A program made the translations under genes and the position numbers. The notes beneath the pieces were generated by a model that saw only the letters and a program-made list of their open reading frames with translations, did no database searches and was not told where the DNA came from. A DNA stretch of 64,000 nt from Aplysia californica (taxonomy: Eukaryota), in NCBI RefSeq assembly GCF_000002075.1, contig NW_004797514.1, positions 128,810 through 192,809 on the forward strand. Reading direction: 5' to 3'. This document shows, in pieces, positions 13,447 to 25,687 of the stretch. The first letter of the stretch is position 1. Each line of letters starts with the position of its first letter.

Positions 13447-13925
13447 CAAGGGGCATACCAAAAGTTTTTTACCTGACCATGAAGGAAAAAGGTAGAAAGC
13501 TGAAATTTTGGGTGAAAGCCAACAAGTATCTTCCTAGAATGCTTGTAAATTTTGGGGAATTTCAGATTAATGGTTTTACCACCAGCGCACTCTAAGTGAA
13601 TGGGGGTATGTTGTTCTCCAGTTTCAACATAAAAATGGAGAAAATTGAGCGTAGTTCCATAATGAAGTATTTGTTGTTGCAAGGCAAGCAACAACAGGAT
13701 AATTTTACCGAGGTGCATGCCGTATATGGATTGCCATCCTATGCTGTGATAGAATTTTGGTGTAAAAAAAGTGATGATGAGGTCAAAAAGCAGTAGAGGG
13801 CTGGTTTTCTGACCTAGAGAGAACTCTGGGAGGCGACTACATAAAGAAAGATTAAGCTTAGTACCAAATTTCAGCTTTCTATCTTTTCTCCTTCATGGTC
13901 AGGTAAAAAACTTATGGTAGTCCAC
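13447..13925 (+). mobile_element. Internally deleted mariner-family DNA transposon
   Basis: TA at the left end; about 60-bp inverted repeats (TTTTTACCTGACCATGAAGGA...AGAAAGCTGAAATTT). Remnant ORF MEKIERSSIMKYLLLQGK...VYG.LPSYAVIEFW joined to SDDEVK resembles mariner transposase N- and C-termini. Confidence 0.8.
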
Positions 13926-14461
13926 AAGACCCCCGGGGCGGTGCTACTGACTGAAATGCCTTTATATATAGGCCATTCCCAAAGGGGGGGGGGGGCATTA
14001 ACATGTTCGTATGTACAGTAGAATTGTAAATGGGCTGATTCATCAATGTCATGCTCATAGCAGTTTACTGTGCCTGAACTGCAACAGGGAACTGCTGCTT
14101 TTCTTTCCTAATTCTTACTGTCATCATTTTCCTCTACTTTTTTGTATGCTTGTCACACTCTTGTGACCCGCTATTCCCGTGATGCTTTGACAGTCGAAGC
14201 AGACTTTGTGCTGTTGAAGTAATTTCAGTTTGGTAGGAATAAAGTTTAAATTTTCCCCGAGTGGCGGCCGAAGCCTACTCTTTTCCTATTTTGTTTCTGT
14301 GTGTCGACCCGTCTTACCTTTTCCTTTCCATAAAAGGCATATGAGACAGAGGTGGGCCGGAAGTGGCTTACATAGATAGGCTGAACAGATTCGAAAGAAA
14401 ATATCAAAATGATAAGATTATTTTTTAAAGAACATCTACTAAACACAGGGAGCACGAGGTA

Positions 14462-14622
14462 TGGGTAGGCCACGGGAAACATGGAGGAGATGTGTGGAAA
14501 GGGACATGAGAAAGATGAAGCTCGCTTGGAAAGAGCTTGGAAGGATGGCCCAGGACTGAGATCAATGAAAGGAGCTTGTTGGCCTATACCCTGCCAGGGG
14601 TGAAAGGCATTGATGATGATGA
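14462..14622 (+). mobile_element. RTE-clade LINE 3' fragment
   Basis: GRPRETWRRCVERDMRKMKLAWKELGRMAQD with stops, then a (TGA)n tail. Confidence 0.7.
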
Positions 14623-16499
14623 CTAAGCGGAGGAATGGGGAGTGAACCATGCTCGGTTCTGCCTGCTTGAGATCTGGCACTTCCGCACCATTCTATTTTC
14701 TCTCCATTTTGAGAGTTTTAGCTAGATTTGTACCCGACCTCGTTGTGTTTACACCTAGGACCACCTCTGGTGTTAAGTTGAGGGATTGCAAGATGCACTG
14801 GTGGATGGTTGGCTGGTGCTCTGGTATGGTTTGCTTCTTCTTTCTTATCAAACATCTATCGTCATTATCTCTCCTCCTTCTGTTTTGTGTTTGTTACTCT
14901 CTTGTAACACATCTAACCTTCGGCACTTATATTACCTTGTTGTGTTGCAAGTGCCGTAAAACTCTACGAAAAAAATGATCAGTTTGATATTAGTTGTTTT
15001 TTAAGAACATCTACTTAACAGAGGGAACCATGTACGGCTCTGCCTGCTTGAGATCTGGCACTTTCACACCATTCTATTATCTCTCCACTTTTACAATTCT
15101 AGCTAGATTTGTACCCGACCTTGTTGTGTTTACACGTTGGACCACTTTGGGTGTTACGTTGAGGGATTGCAAGATACACCGAAAAAGTAAAAGATAAATA
15201 TTGTTCAGGAGGTGGGCTGCATCGGTTTTGCCTGTCATGACCAAACGGGGCTGAAAGAAATACAACATCTCAGAAGAAAGACGTATTGGCTTTATTTCAT
15301 GACATAATGTCTAACATCCATTTCAGCCTCCAAATTTAACGTCCATCTCCAAAAGTACTGATAGACAGAGAAGTTTTTAAAAAATAACCCCCCAAACAAC
15401 CGGAGTTCCACAAATTGCCATTTGGAATTTGAACTAGGGTTGTCCACATCTCAGAAAAACTGAGCTACATGTACTTAGAGAAAAATAGATTCCCAATAAT
15501 GGAAGATCAAACTTACTTCTTTTGGATGGAAAAGCTAAGACACTAACCATTACGTCACAGNNNNNNNNNNNNNNNNNNNNNNNNNNNNNNNNNNNNNNNN
15601 NNNNNNNNNNNNNNNNNNNNNNNNNNNNNNNNNNNNNNNNNNNNNNNNNNNNNNNNNNNNNNNNNNNNNNNNNNNNNNNNNNNNNNNNNNNNNNNNNNNN
15701 NNNNNNNNNNNNATGGTGGTTTGAGGTGGGAAGGGGGGGTCTTGAGTGCTCTGACCTACTCGTGTGTTTTCGTCTATTTCTTGGCTGATAAATTGCAGGT
15801 CGAACCTTGAAATATCCCACCGCTCCATTGACCAACCCCCAAAGAAGTGGCTATCAGACTTTTGTTACGAAATTAGACGTCTAAATTTAGTTTATCGCTC
15901 CCTTATCACTTCCACCACAGACCTTGGCTAGTCCAAACACGATATGCCGAAAGTGGAAGAGAATAGTTCTGAAGACTCTTGCCCCCCTAGACTGGTCTCC
16001 TCTGGCTAGTCAAAATAGCCTGTACCCTAGAGCTGGGCAATGAGTCGCTTCAGCAAAATCCGGAAAATATTTTAGTGCGCCTCTTCGGCTAATAATATGA
16101 TATGAACAGCTTCGGCAAATGGGTTAGAACCACTTTGACAAACGGGTTATCATCACTTCAACAAATGGGTGCACTCACTTCGGCAGGAAAGAGAGTCAAG
16201 AGTCTGAAATCGGATAATGTTTCATTAAGAATTATCCGGTTATCCTTTTGGATTATCCGGATTTTGCCCACCTTAAATTACTCTACCCCCCACTGCAGCC
16301 CATCAGCGATGAGACAAGGGGTCGCAAACATTGATGACAACATGCTGGTGATTGAGTGCGGTTTGGTAAGAAGGTACCAGCGTGCACACAGTCCTGTGAC
16401 TTTTGGGCAACTTTTGACGAAGTTTTGAGGTTGGGCCAAGTTTGTAATTGTTGGGAGGGTAATGTTATGGTAGACAGTTCCCTAGGTTTGGTTTTGTAA

Positions 16500-16500
16500 G

Positions 16501-16576
<76 letters not shown>

Positions 16577-16585
16577 AGAGAGAGA
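16500..16585. repeat. (GATA)n/(GA)n microsatellite
   Basis: Direct inspection. Confidence 0.95.
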
Positions 16586-17009
16586 GGGGGGATGGGTGGG
16601 GTGTTGGGGGGATCCTGAAGCCATCCTAGAAGGCGTATTTTGTCATGACTTTGTTGATCAGGATCGATACCGACTGTCCGCTAATTCTTACAAAGATTCT
16701 ATTATGTACAATCTTTGATTCCGACCTTGAAAGACACAAATTCGGTATCATTATGATGAATAAACAAATGGTTATGTAACAATGTGGGCGAACACGGGCC
16801 TGCTGTTTTGCACTCTCTCACCCCCCTTTTTTTCCTGAACTATCCAGTGCACAGGCTTCTGTATCACAGCAACACTTCAATTTTCATAATATATATTTTT
16901 ATCTGTGGTACATAAGAAAATGTTAATATGCTTTTTAAAAAAATACAAGGAAAGTGTGGTGTAAGGTGAAATGTAATTGTAATAGCAAAAATTTTAAGCC
17001 CCCATCGAC

Positions 17010-17200
17010 ACATCATCATCATCATCATCCAGTGCCAGATCTGCGACAGACATCGGCGATCAGGGTTATCCATTCATTCCTTTGCTCGGATGCTCTAAAA
17101 AAAAGCTACGTTTCCCTGATTTTTCCCTGTTACCCATTTGTTTAGGTTCCCTAAGTGTGTTGTCCTGGGCCTACCCCTGCCTTGCTTGCACATTTTAGAT
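17010..17200 (-). mobile_element. RTE-clade LINE 3' fragment
   Basis: GRGRPRTT...RNEWITLIADVCRRSGTG* plus (TGA)n tail on the minus strand. Confidence 0.6.
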
Positions 17201-17805
17201 AATTTAGGAAGCATGCTGCTTTGACAGTGCCTGTCAAGACCGATCCAGGCTGTAAATGACCGAATTTCCCAGCCCTCAGACGAAAACGTTTACAAGACTC
17301 CATCCCACAGGAGAATCAAACTCACATTGTCATCGTCCGACAGCAAAGAGCCAAACCGTCACGTCGCAGACACTGCTAGTGTAAGGTGATAATATCAATA
17401 ATGACATGATATATATAAATGCATTTATAAAGCGCATATTCACGCTCTGTAGCCTGCTTAGTGCGCTTTACAACTATTATTACCCCAACAGGCCCTTAAA
17501 CATGGCTCGGAAACATTCTCGGCAGTTATAATACGTGATAGAACACTGACAATCTGACAAGATCTTTGACTGTCTGTTGCCGGGTACCCAATCAAAGGGG
17601 TGAAGAAGAATCGTGTCAAGTGCCTTCCCCAAGGACACAACGTCAGGCCCCTGGCGGTAAGGGTTTTCTTATTTAATTGCGACATACAGTAGTAACTTTG
17701 TATTCGGTCGTTTGCAAAACAAAATGTTTATCTCTTTAAACCCCTGAAGTTTGAACGGACGCGATGTTATCATGCTGGACTGCGGAGTGAACGAGCCTAT
17801 AATAA

Positions 17806-18467
17806 TAGTACGGTCAAACATTCGTGGTGCAACTTATTTGTCAAATATCTCCTCAACTATAGAACATAGGTTCTCCAATTTTTGCACAATTACTTGTAAC
17901 AATTTGTCTTAACAGATCAACATTTTTGTAAACATATGTTGGCTGTATTCTAGAAGATCCTTAATAAATACTAATAACCAAAGAAAATGGGTGGTTTCTA
18001 CACATTTTTAAATGTTTACAGTTGTGGCAATATTGCTTTTAATAGCACGTCCGTCATGTATTTCTAATCGGGACATTATGTTTATTTTAATTGAACGCAT
18101 GTTTTGATAACCGTTAGTGCAAAAAATGAGTTCACTATAAAAATAATTTTTTGGTAAATAATTTTGCATGTAAAAATTGTCATTGATGAGCTGTGACGTA
18201 GGCCATATGCGTAATCAAAATGTGTGTGAGAAGCGGGAAGTGCTGTGAACAATACAATGTTACGTGTGACAAAGTTTTCAATTTCAAGTATTTTATATAA
18301 ATTTATGATGGAAAGTTTTTTAAAACCTAGCCCAAATTGTTCTGAAAAAATATAAATTAGTTAAGATAAATTGATACAAACTGCTGTGCAAAGTATGGAT
18401 GACACTGATTCCCCCGTTAAAGGGATAATTTGGGGACAAGTTGCACCACGAAATTTTGACCACACTA
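17806..18467. mobile_element. Non-autonomous Tc1/mariner-like element (about 660 bp)
   Basis: Imperfect TIRs TAGTACGGTCAAACATTCGTGGTGCAACTT / AAGTTGCACCACGAAATTTTGACCACACTA; TA on the right flank. Confidence 0.65.
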
Positions 18468-18779
18468 TAGTGTAGAATCCATAACAGTGTGTTTTGAACT
18501 AGGGTTGTTTTGGGGACTTCTCTGATTTGGTTCGATTCTAGGGCTATAGGAAAAATTCGGGGGTCTCGTCTCTTAAATAGCTTTACAGTGTTAAAAGACG
18601 CGTACAATTTCAAAGTTTGAACAAGTTGAAAGTTCGCACGTTGCTCGGAAATGATGTACAAGTGTGCATTGCGCGTCTCACGCACCGTGGCGCCGCGAGG
18701 AATTATGGGTTGCCCTGTTATTAAAAGTAGAGTCCGATAACATTGTACCAATTCCGAGATAACAGCTCACTGGAACCTT

Positions 18780-18785
18780 TATAAA
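18780..18785 (+). promoter_or_regulatory. Candidate TATA box of the small secreted-protein gene
   Basis: TATAAA in a locally CpG-rich patch, about 220 nt upstream of a consensus donor AAG|GTAAGT at 19005. Confidence 0.35.
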
Positions 18786-18809
18786 GCGAAACGCCGTCGG
18801 AGGATTTTC

Positions 18810-19005
18810 AGGCTAGCGGTCAATGGGCAAGAGCGTCTTATTTCTTTCCCGTACTCCCGTCATTAACTGGGACATATTATACGACTTTTTTTGTCATCCA
18901 ATTTCTAGAACTTTTTCTTATCAGCTGACTATTGATACTACTACTTTTTCAAAAGTCGTACAGACTTACCAGTTGATCTAATACATTGAAGAAAACTCTC
19001 GAAAG
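18810..19005 (+). other. Candidate non-coding first exon of the small secreted-protein gene
   Basis: Ends at a perfect GAAAG|GTAAGT donor. The ATG-containing exon has an acceptor (ttttttcccatcag, 20590) that needs an upstream donor. Start position is estimated from the TATA box. Confidence 0.45.
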
Positions 19006-20442
19006 GTAAGTGTCAAGAATACCTTTTTAAATTATTGAGGATTAGGGGGGGGGGGGGTGTTTCTAAACGATAAATTGAAATCAAACATAGTATTAAAACT
19101 TTTACTTCTTTATAGCCTTTTATATTTCTAACCCTTTCTAAATGATAAATGAAACCAAACCTGAAATTTATAGTTTATAATTCATTTTAAAAAAAAATTT
19201 AAGCAATCGGTTGATACAAGCTAAAAAAACCACAATCCGGAATTATGCTCCCTTCTGCACAATCTAGATCATTTAGGATTTGTTTGCTTCGGCCCTTTCA
19301 ATCAGGATTGCACTGGCCATATGGGATGGCAGCAAAAAAAAAAAATTATACGGGAATCGAACTCACGTTCTGACCTTTACATCACAGATACCTTTGATAG
19401 AAATTGATTAATCATTAAAAATTTAAAAAATGTATGCAGTCTTTTAATTGAATAATTGCACCCCCCCCCCCCCCACATCAAAACCCCCCGCTTAATTTTA
19501 TACCTTCCCCTTACATACCTAAACACTGTCTTCGATTTCTACACCAAAAATGTCGTTTTTCTTTTCGATAATCATGATAAAAGGGATGGAAATGGGTTTA
19601 AGATGCCCAAATTATCTACTCGGAACATCAGGGTTATTGCTGTTGATATGAGGTGTTTCTTCTCAACGGACGATAAGCCTACCGTTCGCACCGTAAAGTT
19701 TACAATGTATGAGCTGGGTTAATAACGCTCTTACGAGTAGCTAATTAGGCTGACGTTGAAAAAAAAATATTTTAAAAATCAAAGTTATCTTAAGCCCGCC
19801 ATCGATACAATGAGACCATCCAGGCCAACCCAGTCTAAGAAGACGTCCAAGCAGAAAGATCGAGATACTCGATTAAAATTCTTCTCTCAAGGGAATCGAA
19901 CTCAGGCCTTCCGTGTGCAACGGTGAGCCGCTTAGTCTATATTAACAAGTTCCTATGTACCACAGATAATATCATATATATTATGAACATTGAAGTGTTG
20001 CTATGATACCGAAGCCGGTGCACAGAATAGTTCAGGAAAAAAAAGGTGCCATCGATTTGAGCACACACTGATTGCAGAAAGAGCAGGAAGGACAATATCG
20101 ATGTTCTCTACTTTGTAACGCCATTTTGTATGGTTTGAGATGTCACTTTTACCTTTTGTTTCTGTCCGTTTATACTGCGAGGTGTCGAAGGGGGACGTAA
20201 CTGCCGGACGTGGGCCAGGCGTGTTACTTTTTGTATCGTTATAAAATTGTGCCTTTGGAGGGTATCTTTGACTCAATCGATCCATCTTTTTCTTAGTCTC
20301 CGCTTTTCCTTGAGTCCATCTTTAAAGCACCGAAAGTTCCCCAATTTCTCCACCATCGTTTGCATTTTCAGATTGATTTCTTTGATGCTATTCTCTTATG
20401 CTACTCATGTAATTGTAGCTGCTACCGCGTCTGTTGCTGCTG

Positions 20443-20497
<55 letters not shown>
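20443..20497. repeat. (CTA)n microsatellite
   Basis: Direct inspection. Confidence 0.95.
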
Positions 20498-20633
20498 CAT
20501 CATTCCTGCTTCCACTCCTGTTTCTGTAACTGTTGGTGCTCGTGGTTTGCTGAAACTGACTCTAAATACTGACACATTTTTTCCCATCAGAAGTTTCGGG
20601 TACATCGTACAAGCCAGCTATTAGACCGCACAC

Positions 20634-20778
20634 ATGGCGTCGGTTTCAACGACTCAGAGCTTGGTCGTCCTCGCTGTGGTGACCCTAGCGGTTGGCACTT
20701 GGGCAAATCTACTCAACGAGGACTTGCCAGCTGGGACCTGTGTGTGCAGCACGGCTGACACTGCCCTCAACAAAAGAC
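20634..20778 (+). CDS. Small secreted protein, coding exon 1 (signal peptide + CVC motif)
   Basis: Acceptor at 20590, ATG 20634, donor AC|GTGAGT, phase 1. Confidence 0.82.
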
Positions 20779-22560
20779 GTGAGTAGGCGTTGTTTGAAGC
20801 AAAGATAGCACGTTCTTTGCAGAAACAAAAGAGTTGCTTGAAAGACAAAGAAACAGTGGCTGGGAAGAACATGGACATTTTTCTTAGCTACTAACCTCAC
20901 ATGGTTGAAAGGGGCGTTAAAAGCCCATAAAGAATGTACTTTGACATAATGCCACCTGCTACTGGCTCTTTCCCATGTTTTCCACTCTGTTTATGCATTC
21001 TTTTATCTCCATTTTTGAAACCTACAACCATTTCATTAAAAAGTTCCAAGCGCCCGCTTCTATCAAAATTGATATTTAGTAGAAGTCATCTAATAAGGGG
21101 GTTTAAAAAGGTGATATACAATATTTTGATCTATATTTGCATCGTCTTCTTCAGTTTTCTGAACTGTTTACTTATTCCAAGGAAAATTCAAAAGTAATTC
21201 CTACCAAACTGAAAATGCGCGCCTGTATTGCATTGTGCAGCTGCGAGTGCCATAAAATACTTATCAGAACTAACACAAAAAACCCAAAACAAATGAAACT
21301 TGAGTTGATGTGGTTCCTAGCCACGCTTCTTTGTACTTGACCTTTACCAAATTTCCTTCCAGCTGGCTTTGTGCATCCTGCAGTCATGTACCTACTTCAC
21401 GACAAGTGTTTGCTCACCCACGGAAACAAGACGGAGATCTGGGGTGACGCTTGGTACACAATAGAAGTCGATGAGGTATTGATTTCCTTTATATTATTGA
21501 CATTTGACGTTCTTTCGGATGAATTCTGTTTATTCCATTTTTGTTGAAATTGCTCAGAAGATGACCGAGCTATTGCCATTTAAATGGGTCCTCTTTTTTG
21601 ACACCCAATAAATACAAATATGATAATATACCATATTATATTTACGTATATATTTATATAGCTGCTCTTGTGTATTCCACTGCTCTGAGTGTACAATGAA
21701 TGTGTTGTGTACTTGTGTGCATGTGCGTGTACGCACAGGTGAGTGTATGTCTTAGGCAAAATCTTGAGTCTTAATTTGATTGATACTTCGAGAACCTTTG
21801 TGAGGTGACATGTGTCAAACTGTAAACATGCTAAGTTGGGTTTTTTTGTTGTTGTTGTTCAAAAGCATCTTTGTTTTTTATGACATGTGATGATAGTATA
21901 TTATAATGTGGTGGTTTTTTTTTCAATTTGACAGGTGCTCTGGGGTGCAGGCAAGACTCTGGCTAAAGGAGCCATCAGACAAGGTATGGTTTAGCATGCA
22001 ATTGTAGATCATGTTTTTCACCCACATCGGCATAGTTTAGATCATCTAAGAGACGGTCTGTTTTGACCTGTGTGTCAGGGCCAACACGGACTGCAAACGA
22101 TACAATGTCTGAGCAGACAAACGGAGATATTTGATTCTTATAAAAAAATCTCTCCACACAAGAATCGAGCTCACGTCTTCTGCTTGTGACAGCGAAGAGT
22201 CTTATAATAGCTTCACTATAGACACCAATAACGTGTATTGCTTACATCCTCTTAGGTTCAACTAACGTGGACGATAGTTTTTCATCTTAATGATGTGCCT
22301 TAGTTCTAAATAGACAAAAATTACAATTTCAACAAATAGTTTTTATAAAAACGAAGCAACATTTCAAACAGACATACATAATACATAAAGCATTCTAAAG
22401 CACATGCACGCATATGCACGCACGCACATGCACATACACACTCGCGCGCGCGCACGCGCGNNNNNNNNNNNNNNNNNNNNNNNNNNNNNNNNNNNNNNNN
22501 NNNNNNNNNNNNNNNNNNNNNNNNNNNNNNNNNNNNNNNNNNNNNNNNNNNNNNNNNNNN

Positions 22561-22594
<34 letters not shown>

Positions 22595-22678
22595 CTAGGC
22601 ACCCATAATTAAGCAGTTTCTCTCTCTCCCCCTCTCTCCCTTTCCCCCTGTCCAGGAGTATGCGGTCTGCCCTCCTGA
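20634..22678 (+). CDS. Small secreted 109-aa, 4-Cys protein with SH3b-like (bacterial SH3-like) pattern; coding exons 20634-20778, 21363-21475, 21935-21983, 22656-22678
   Basis: Three GT-AG introns with matching phases (1,0,1) give MASVSTTQSLVVLAVVTLAVGTWANLLNEDLPAGTCVCSTADTALNKRPGFVHPAVMYLLHDKCLLTHGNKTEIWGDAWYTIEVDEVLWGAGKTLAKGAIRQGVCGLPS*. ATG context is cacATGG; the N-terminus is hydrophobic and ends T-W-A; AATAAA at 22829. Confidence 0.8.
21363..21475 (+). CDS. Small secreted protein, coding exon 2
   Basis: atttccttccag acceptor, GAG|GTATTG donor, open in the required phase. Confidence 0.8.
21935..21983 (+). CDS. Small secreted protein, coding exon 3
   Basis: T-tract plus tttgacag acceptor, AAG|GTATGG donor, 49 nt. 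Confidence 0.78.
22656..22678 (+). CDS. Small secreted protein, terminal coding exon (GVCGLPS*)
   Basis: Long CT tract plus gtccag acceptor; supplies the fourth Cys; TGA 22676-22678. Confidence 0.72.
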
Positions 22679-22828
22679 TGGACACCACAGATGAAAAGTT
22701 TGCAAGTTCAAGGCCATGTGTGTCCTCCGAGCTGTTTTCATCCCCCAAGAAAGAACATAACTCAGAATGTTCACGTTGTTATACCACAGTTGAAATCATT
22801 GCAATATTGTTGACATGAATTGATGACA

Positions 22829-22834
22829 AATAAA
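22829..22834 (+). terminator. Polyadenylation signal of the small secreted-protein gene
   Basis: AATAAA 150 nt after the stop, followed by GT/T-rich sequence. Confidence 0.55.
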
Positions 22835-25553
22835 CTTCATAACCATTCTAATGCTGTCTCATTGTTGTACATTGACGTTTCTTTTGTTGGGGTTCTCTTT
22901 ATGATTTATTTTCTCTGTGCTGGGGGGGTTCTTATTCTTCTAGTTCCGAGAGTTCTCATAATCACATCGTCCTTGTATTTGTTCGCTTTTTTGTCATTCA
23001 GGATGCCGTCATTGCCAGGCTTTTTAAGAGGCGTCAAGTCTAGCGGTTTGCTACAGGACTGGCAGTTGGGAAACTGCGGGTTCTGTGGTTCTAAGCTCAG
23101 TTCGGTCTGATGTTGTGTCCTTGGGAATGGCTTTTGAGATGAATTTTCCATGGTCCTATCGGAGACAGACGTTATATTCAAAGGCCCTGTCTCCTAAATA
23201 ACCTCACAGTGTATTGCAAGGGGCGCTAAACCTATACAGTTTTGCACATTTATTTCACGGACTCTATCAGTCCCTTATTTCTCGCTTACCGGCTTCTATG
23301 GTGTAGTGGTAAGGCTCTTCACCCTCACTACGTAGAAAGTGTGAGTTTGGTTTCAAGTGGGGATTTTTTTCATCGAGTATCTCCGTCTGTCAGTTGGGAT
23401 ACTGTATCCCATTCAACCCTGGTTGACCAGTGTAGGCAGGTTCGAAGCAGACGTCATTCTTCTATATGACCTCTGTTGTGCCAATGTGCGCGTAAACGTT
23501 TAAAATCATCACAACTGGGTCTCCCGAACACACACACACACACACACACACACANNNNNNNNNNNNNNNNNNNNNNNNNNNNNNNNNNNNNNNNNNNNNN
23601 NNNNNNNNNNNNNNNNNNNNNNNNNNNNNNNNNNNNNNNNNNNNNNNNNNNNNNNNNNNNNNNNNNNNNNNNNNNNNNNNNNNNNNNNNNNNNNNNNNNN
23701 NNNNNNNNNNNNNNNNNNNNNNNNNNNNNNNNNNNNNNNNNNNNNNNNNNNNNNNNNNNNNNNNNNNNNNNNNNNNNNNNNNNNNNNNNNNNNNNNNNNN
23801 NNNNNNNNNNNNNNNNNNNNNNNNNNNNNNNNNNNNNNNNNNNNNNNNNNNNNNNNNNNNNNNNNNNNNNNNNNNNNNNNNNNNNNNNNNNNNNNNNNNN
23901 NNNNNNNNNNNNNNNNNNNNNNNNNNNNNNNNNNNNNNNNNNNNNNNNNNNNNNNNNNNNNNNNNNNNNNNNNNNNNNNNNNNNNNNNNNNNNNNNNNNN
24001 NNNNNNNNNNNNNNNNNNNNNNNNNNNNNNNNNNNNNNNNNNNNNNNNNNNNNNNNNNNNNNNNNNNNNNNNNNNNNNNNNNNNNNNNNNNNNNNNNNNN
24101 NNNNNNNNNNNNNNNNNNNNNNNNNNNNNNNNNNNNNNNNNNNNNNNNNNNNNNNNNNNNNNNNNNNNNNNNNNNNNNNNNNNNNNNNNNNNNNNNNNNN
24201 NNNNNNNNNNNNNNNNNNNNNNNNNNNNNNNNNNNNNNNNNNNNNNNNNNNNNNNNNNNNAATCCTCCACTTTCCAAACTACGTCTGAGTTTTAGAACAA
24301 TGTTGGAAAAGCTGTTTTTGATCTTAAACAGTTTCAAGAAATGCACACTGAAGTCATACCAAGCACAATCTCTCTTGTTTTCGAGAGCCGAGCGCCACCC
24401 CCACCCCACCCACAAAGCACACACAACTTTAGTTACTGCAAAGTCGTTGAGGGTAGGTAGTTAACCTTCCAAGCAACATTTCATCCGCTTTTTAAGTTTT
24501 CTCAAAAGTTCATGTAAAGTATAATTATAAAGCAGTATCAGTTTCATAGCAGAAGTTCTTAAAACATGGTAAACAGCAATAAAGACGGACGTGGGAGCAA
24601 GGACCCCGAAAAAACAAAGTTCTGAAAGTAAGGCAACTGGTCATTCCTGAACGTTCAGTTCGTCAGCATAATAATGAAAACAAATCATAGCGTAAACTTT
24701 GAAAAAGCTCCAAAAAGTGATATACAATAAAGTTACCGCTTTAGCATATTATCGTTGTTTGCTCAAAAGTTTTTTTTTAAAGCCCAGTGTGCCATACAGA
24801 ATCAAAACCAGCAACAACTGTTGCCAACAGAAAACGTATCAAGGTAAATATAAGAAGCCGCAATTGCAGAATCCATTTTGACAATTCATATGAATAGCAA
24901 CGTCAATTTCGGAAATCCAATAGAACATTCAGTATTCCATAATTTATGTCAATAACAGGCTCAATTTTAGGAATTCGAAAATCAAAACAAGTTATGATAA
25001 GCGTTCGAGTTATTTGAAAGAAAGTTCTCAACATAACATTCGTAAAAAATATCACAAAGTGTGCACGTCTACACAAACACACAAACTAAGCTTAAGTAAC
25101 ATGTAGAGCAAATGCAAGGTGAAATGTCTCGAACAGCAAAAATTAAAGTATCAAGGATGTATTTCTCTAAACACGTAAATCTCAATATCATCGTCATGAA
25201 GCGTCAAGTCTGAAACAAACGCTAATGATCATGGATTGCCCCCTCATTTCTCTGTTTGGATGCTTTCGCAAAACACACAAAAAGAAATCTATCAAAATAA
25301 TCGTTTATTATCGTAATAAAACGTTTTTTCCTCTTTAGTCAGATGGTTAGAGTCTTTATTTTTTTAGCACATGGTTGAAATCAGGTCTGTCAGAAAAAGA
25401 GTGGGAATCTTCTTGCATTCACAGAGAATCCCCTTGTGAGGAAAATAAATCAAAATCGAAACTCGAAACATTCCTGACTCACACGTCAGGGGAATCACAC
25501 GGACGATATAATTCAACTGTTCTGTACAGACGAACGACAAAATAATCCAACAT

Positions 25554-25687
25554 TTATCTATATCTCCATATGACGTCTCCATCAGAATCAGAGGGGTTAA
25601 AGGTCGGGTTCTCGTGCGTCAACTTGGTTTCAGAACGAGGCCTGTCATTCGCTGGGGAATCTACAGGACTGTCATTCGCTGGGGAAT
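25554..25687 (-). CDS. Candidate terminal exon of the cadherin cytoplasmic tail (DSPAND...HENPTFNPSDSDGDVIWRYR*)
   Basis: tttttatgtag acceptor, NPxF motif, followed by UTR-like DNA. The link to the TM exon cannot be completed (phase mismatch, two N-gaps between). Confidence 0.5.

Noticed and set aside
20772-20778. KR dibasic site suggesting the small secreted protein is a neuropeptide precursor
   Set aside because: KR is followed by Pro, which disfavours convertase cleavage; there are no repeated peptides or amidation signals, and the Cys pattern spans the site
22906-23181. 91-aa minus-strand ORF as an extra cadherin tail exon
   Set aside because: Its 5' half is SINE-like (GGTTATTTAGGAGAC, CCCAAGGACACAAC) and it has no credible splice link
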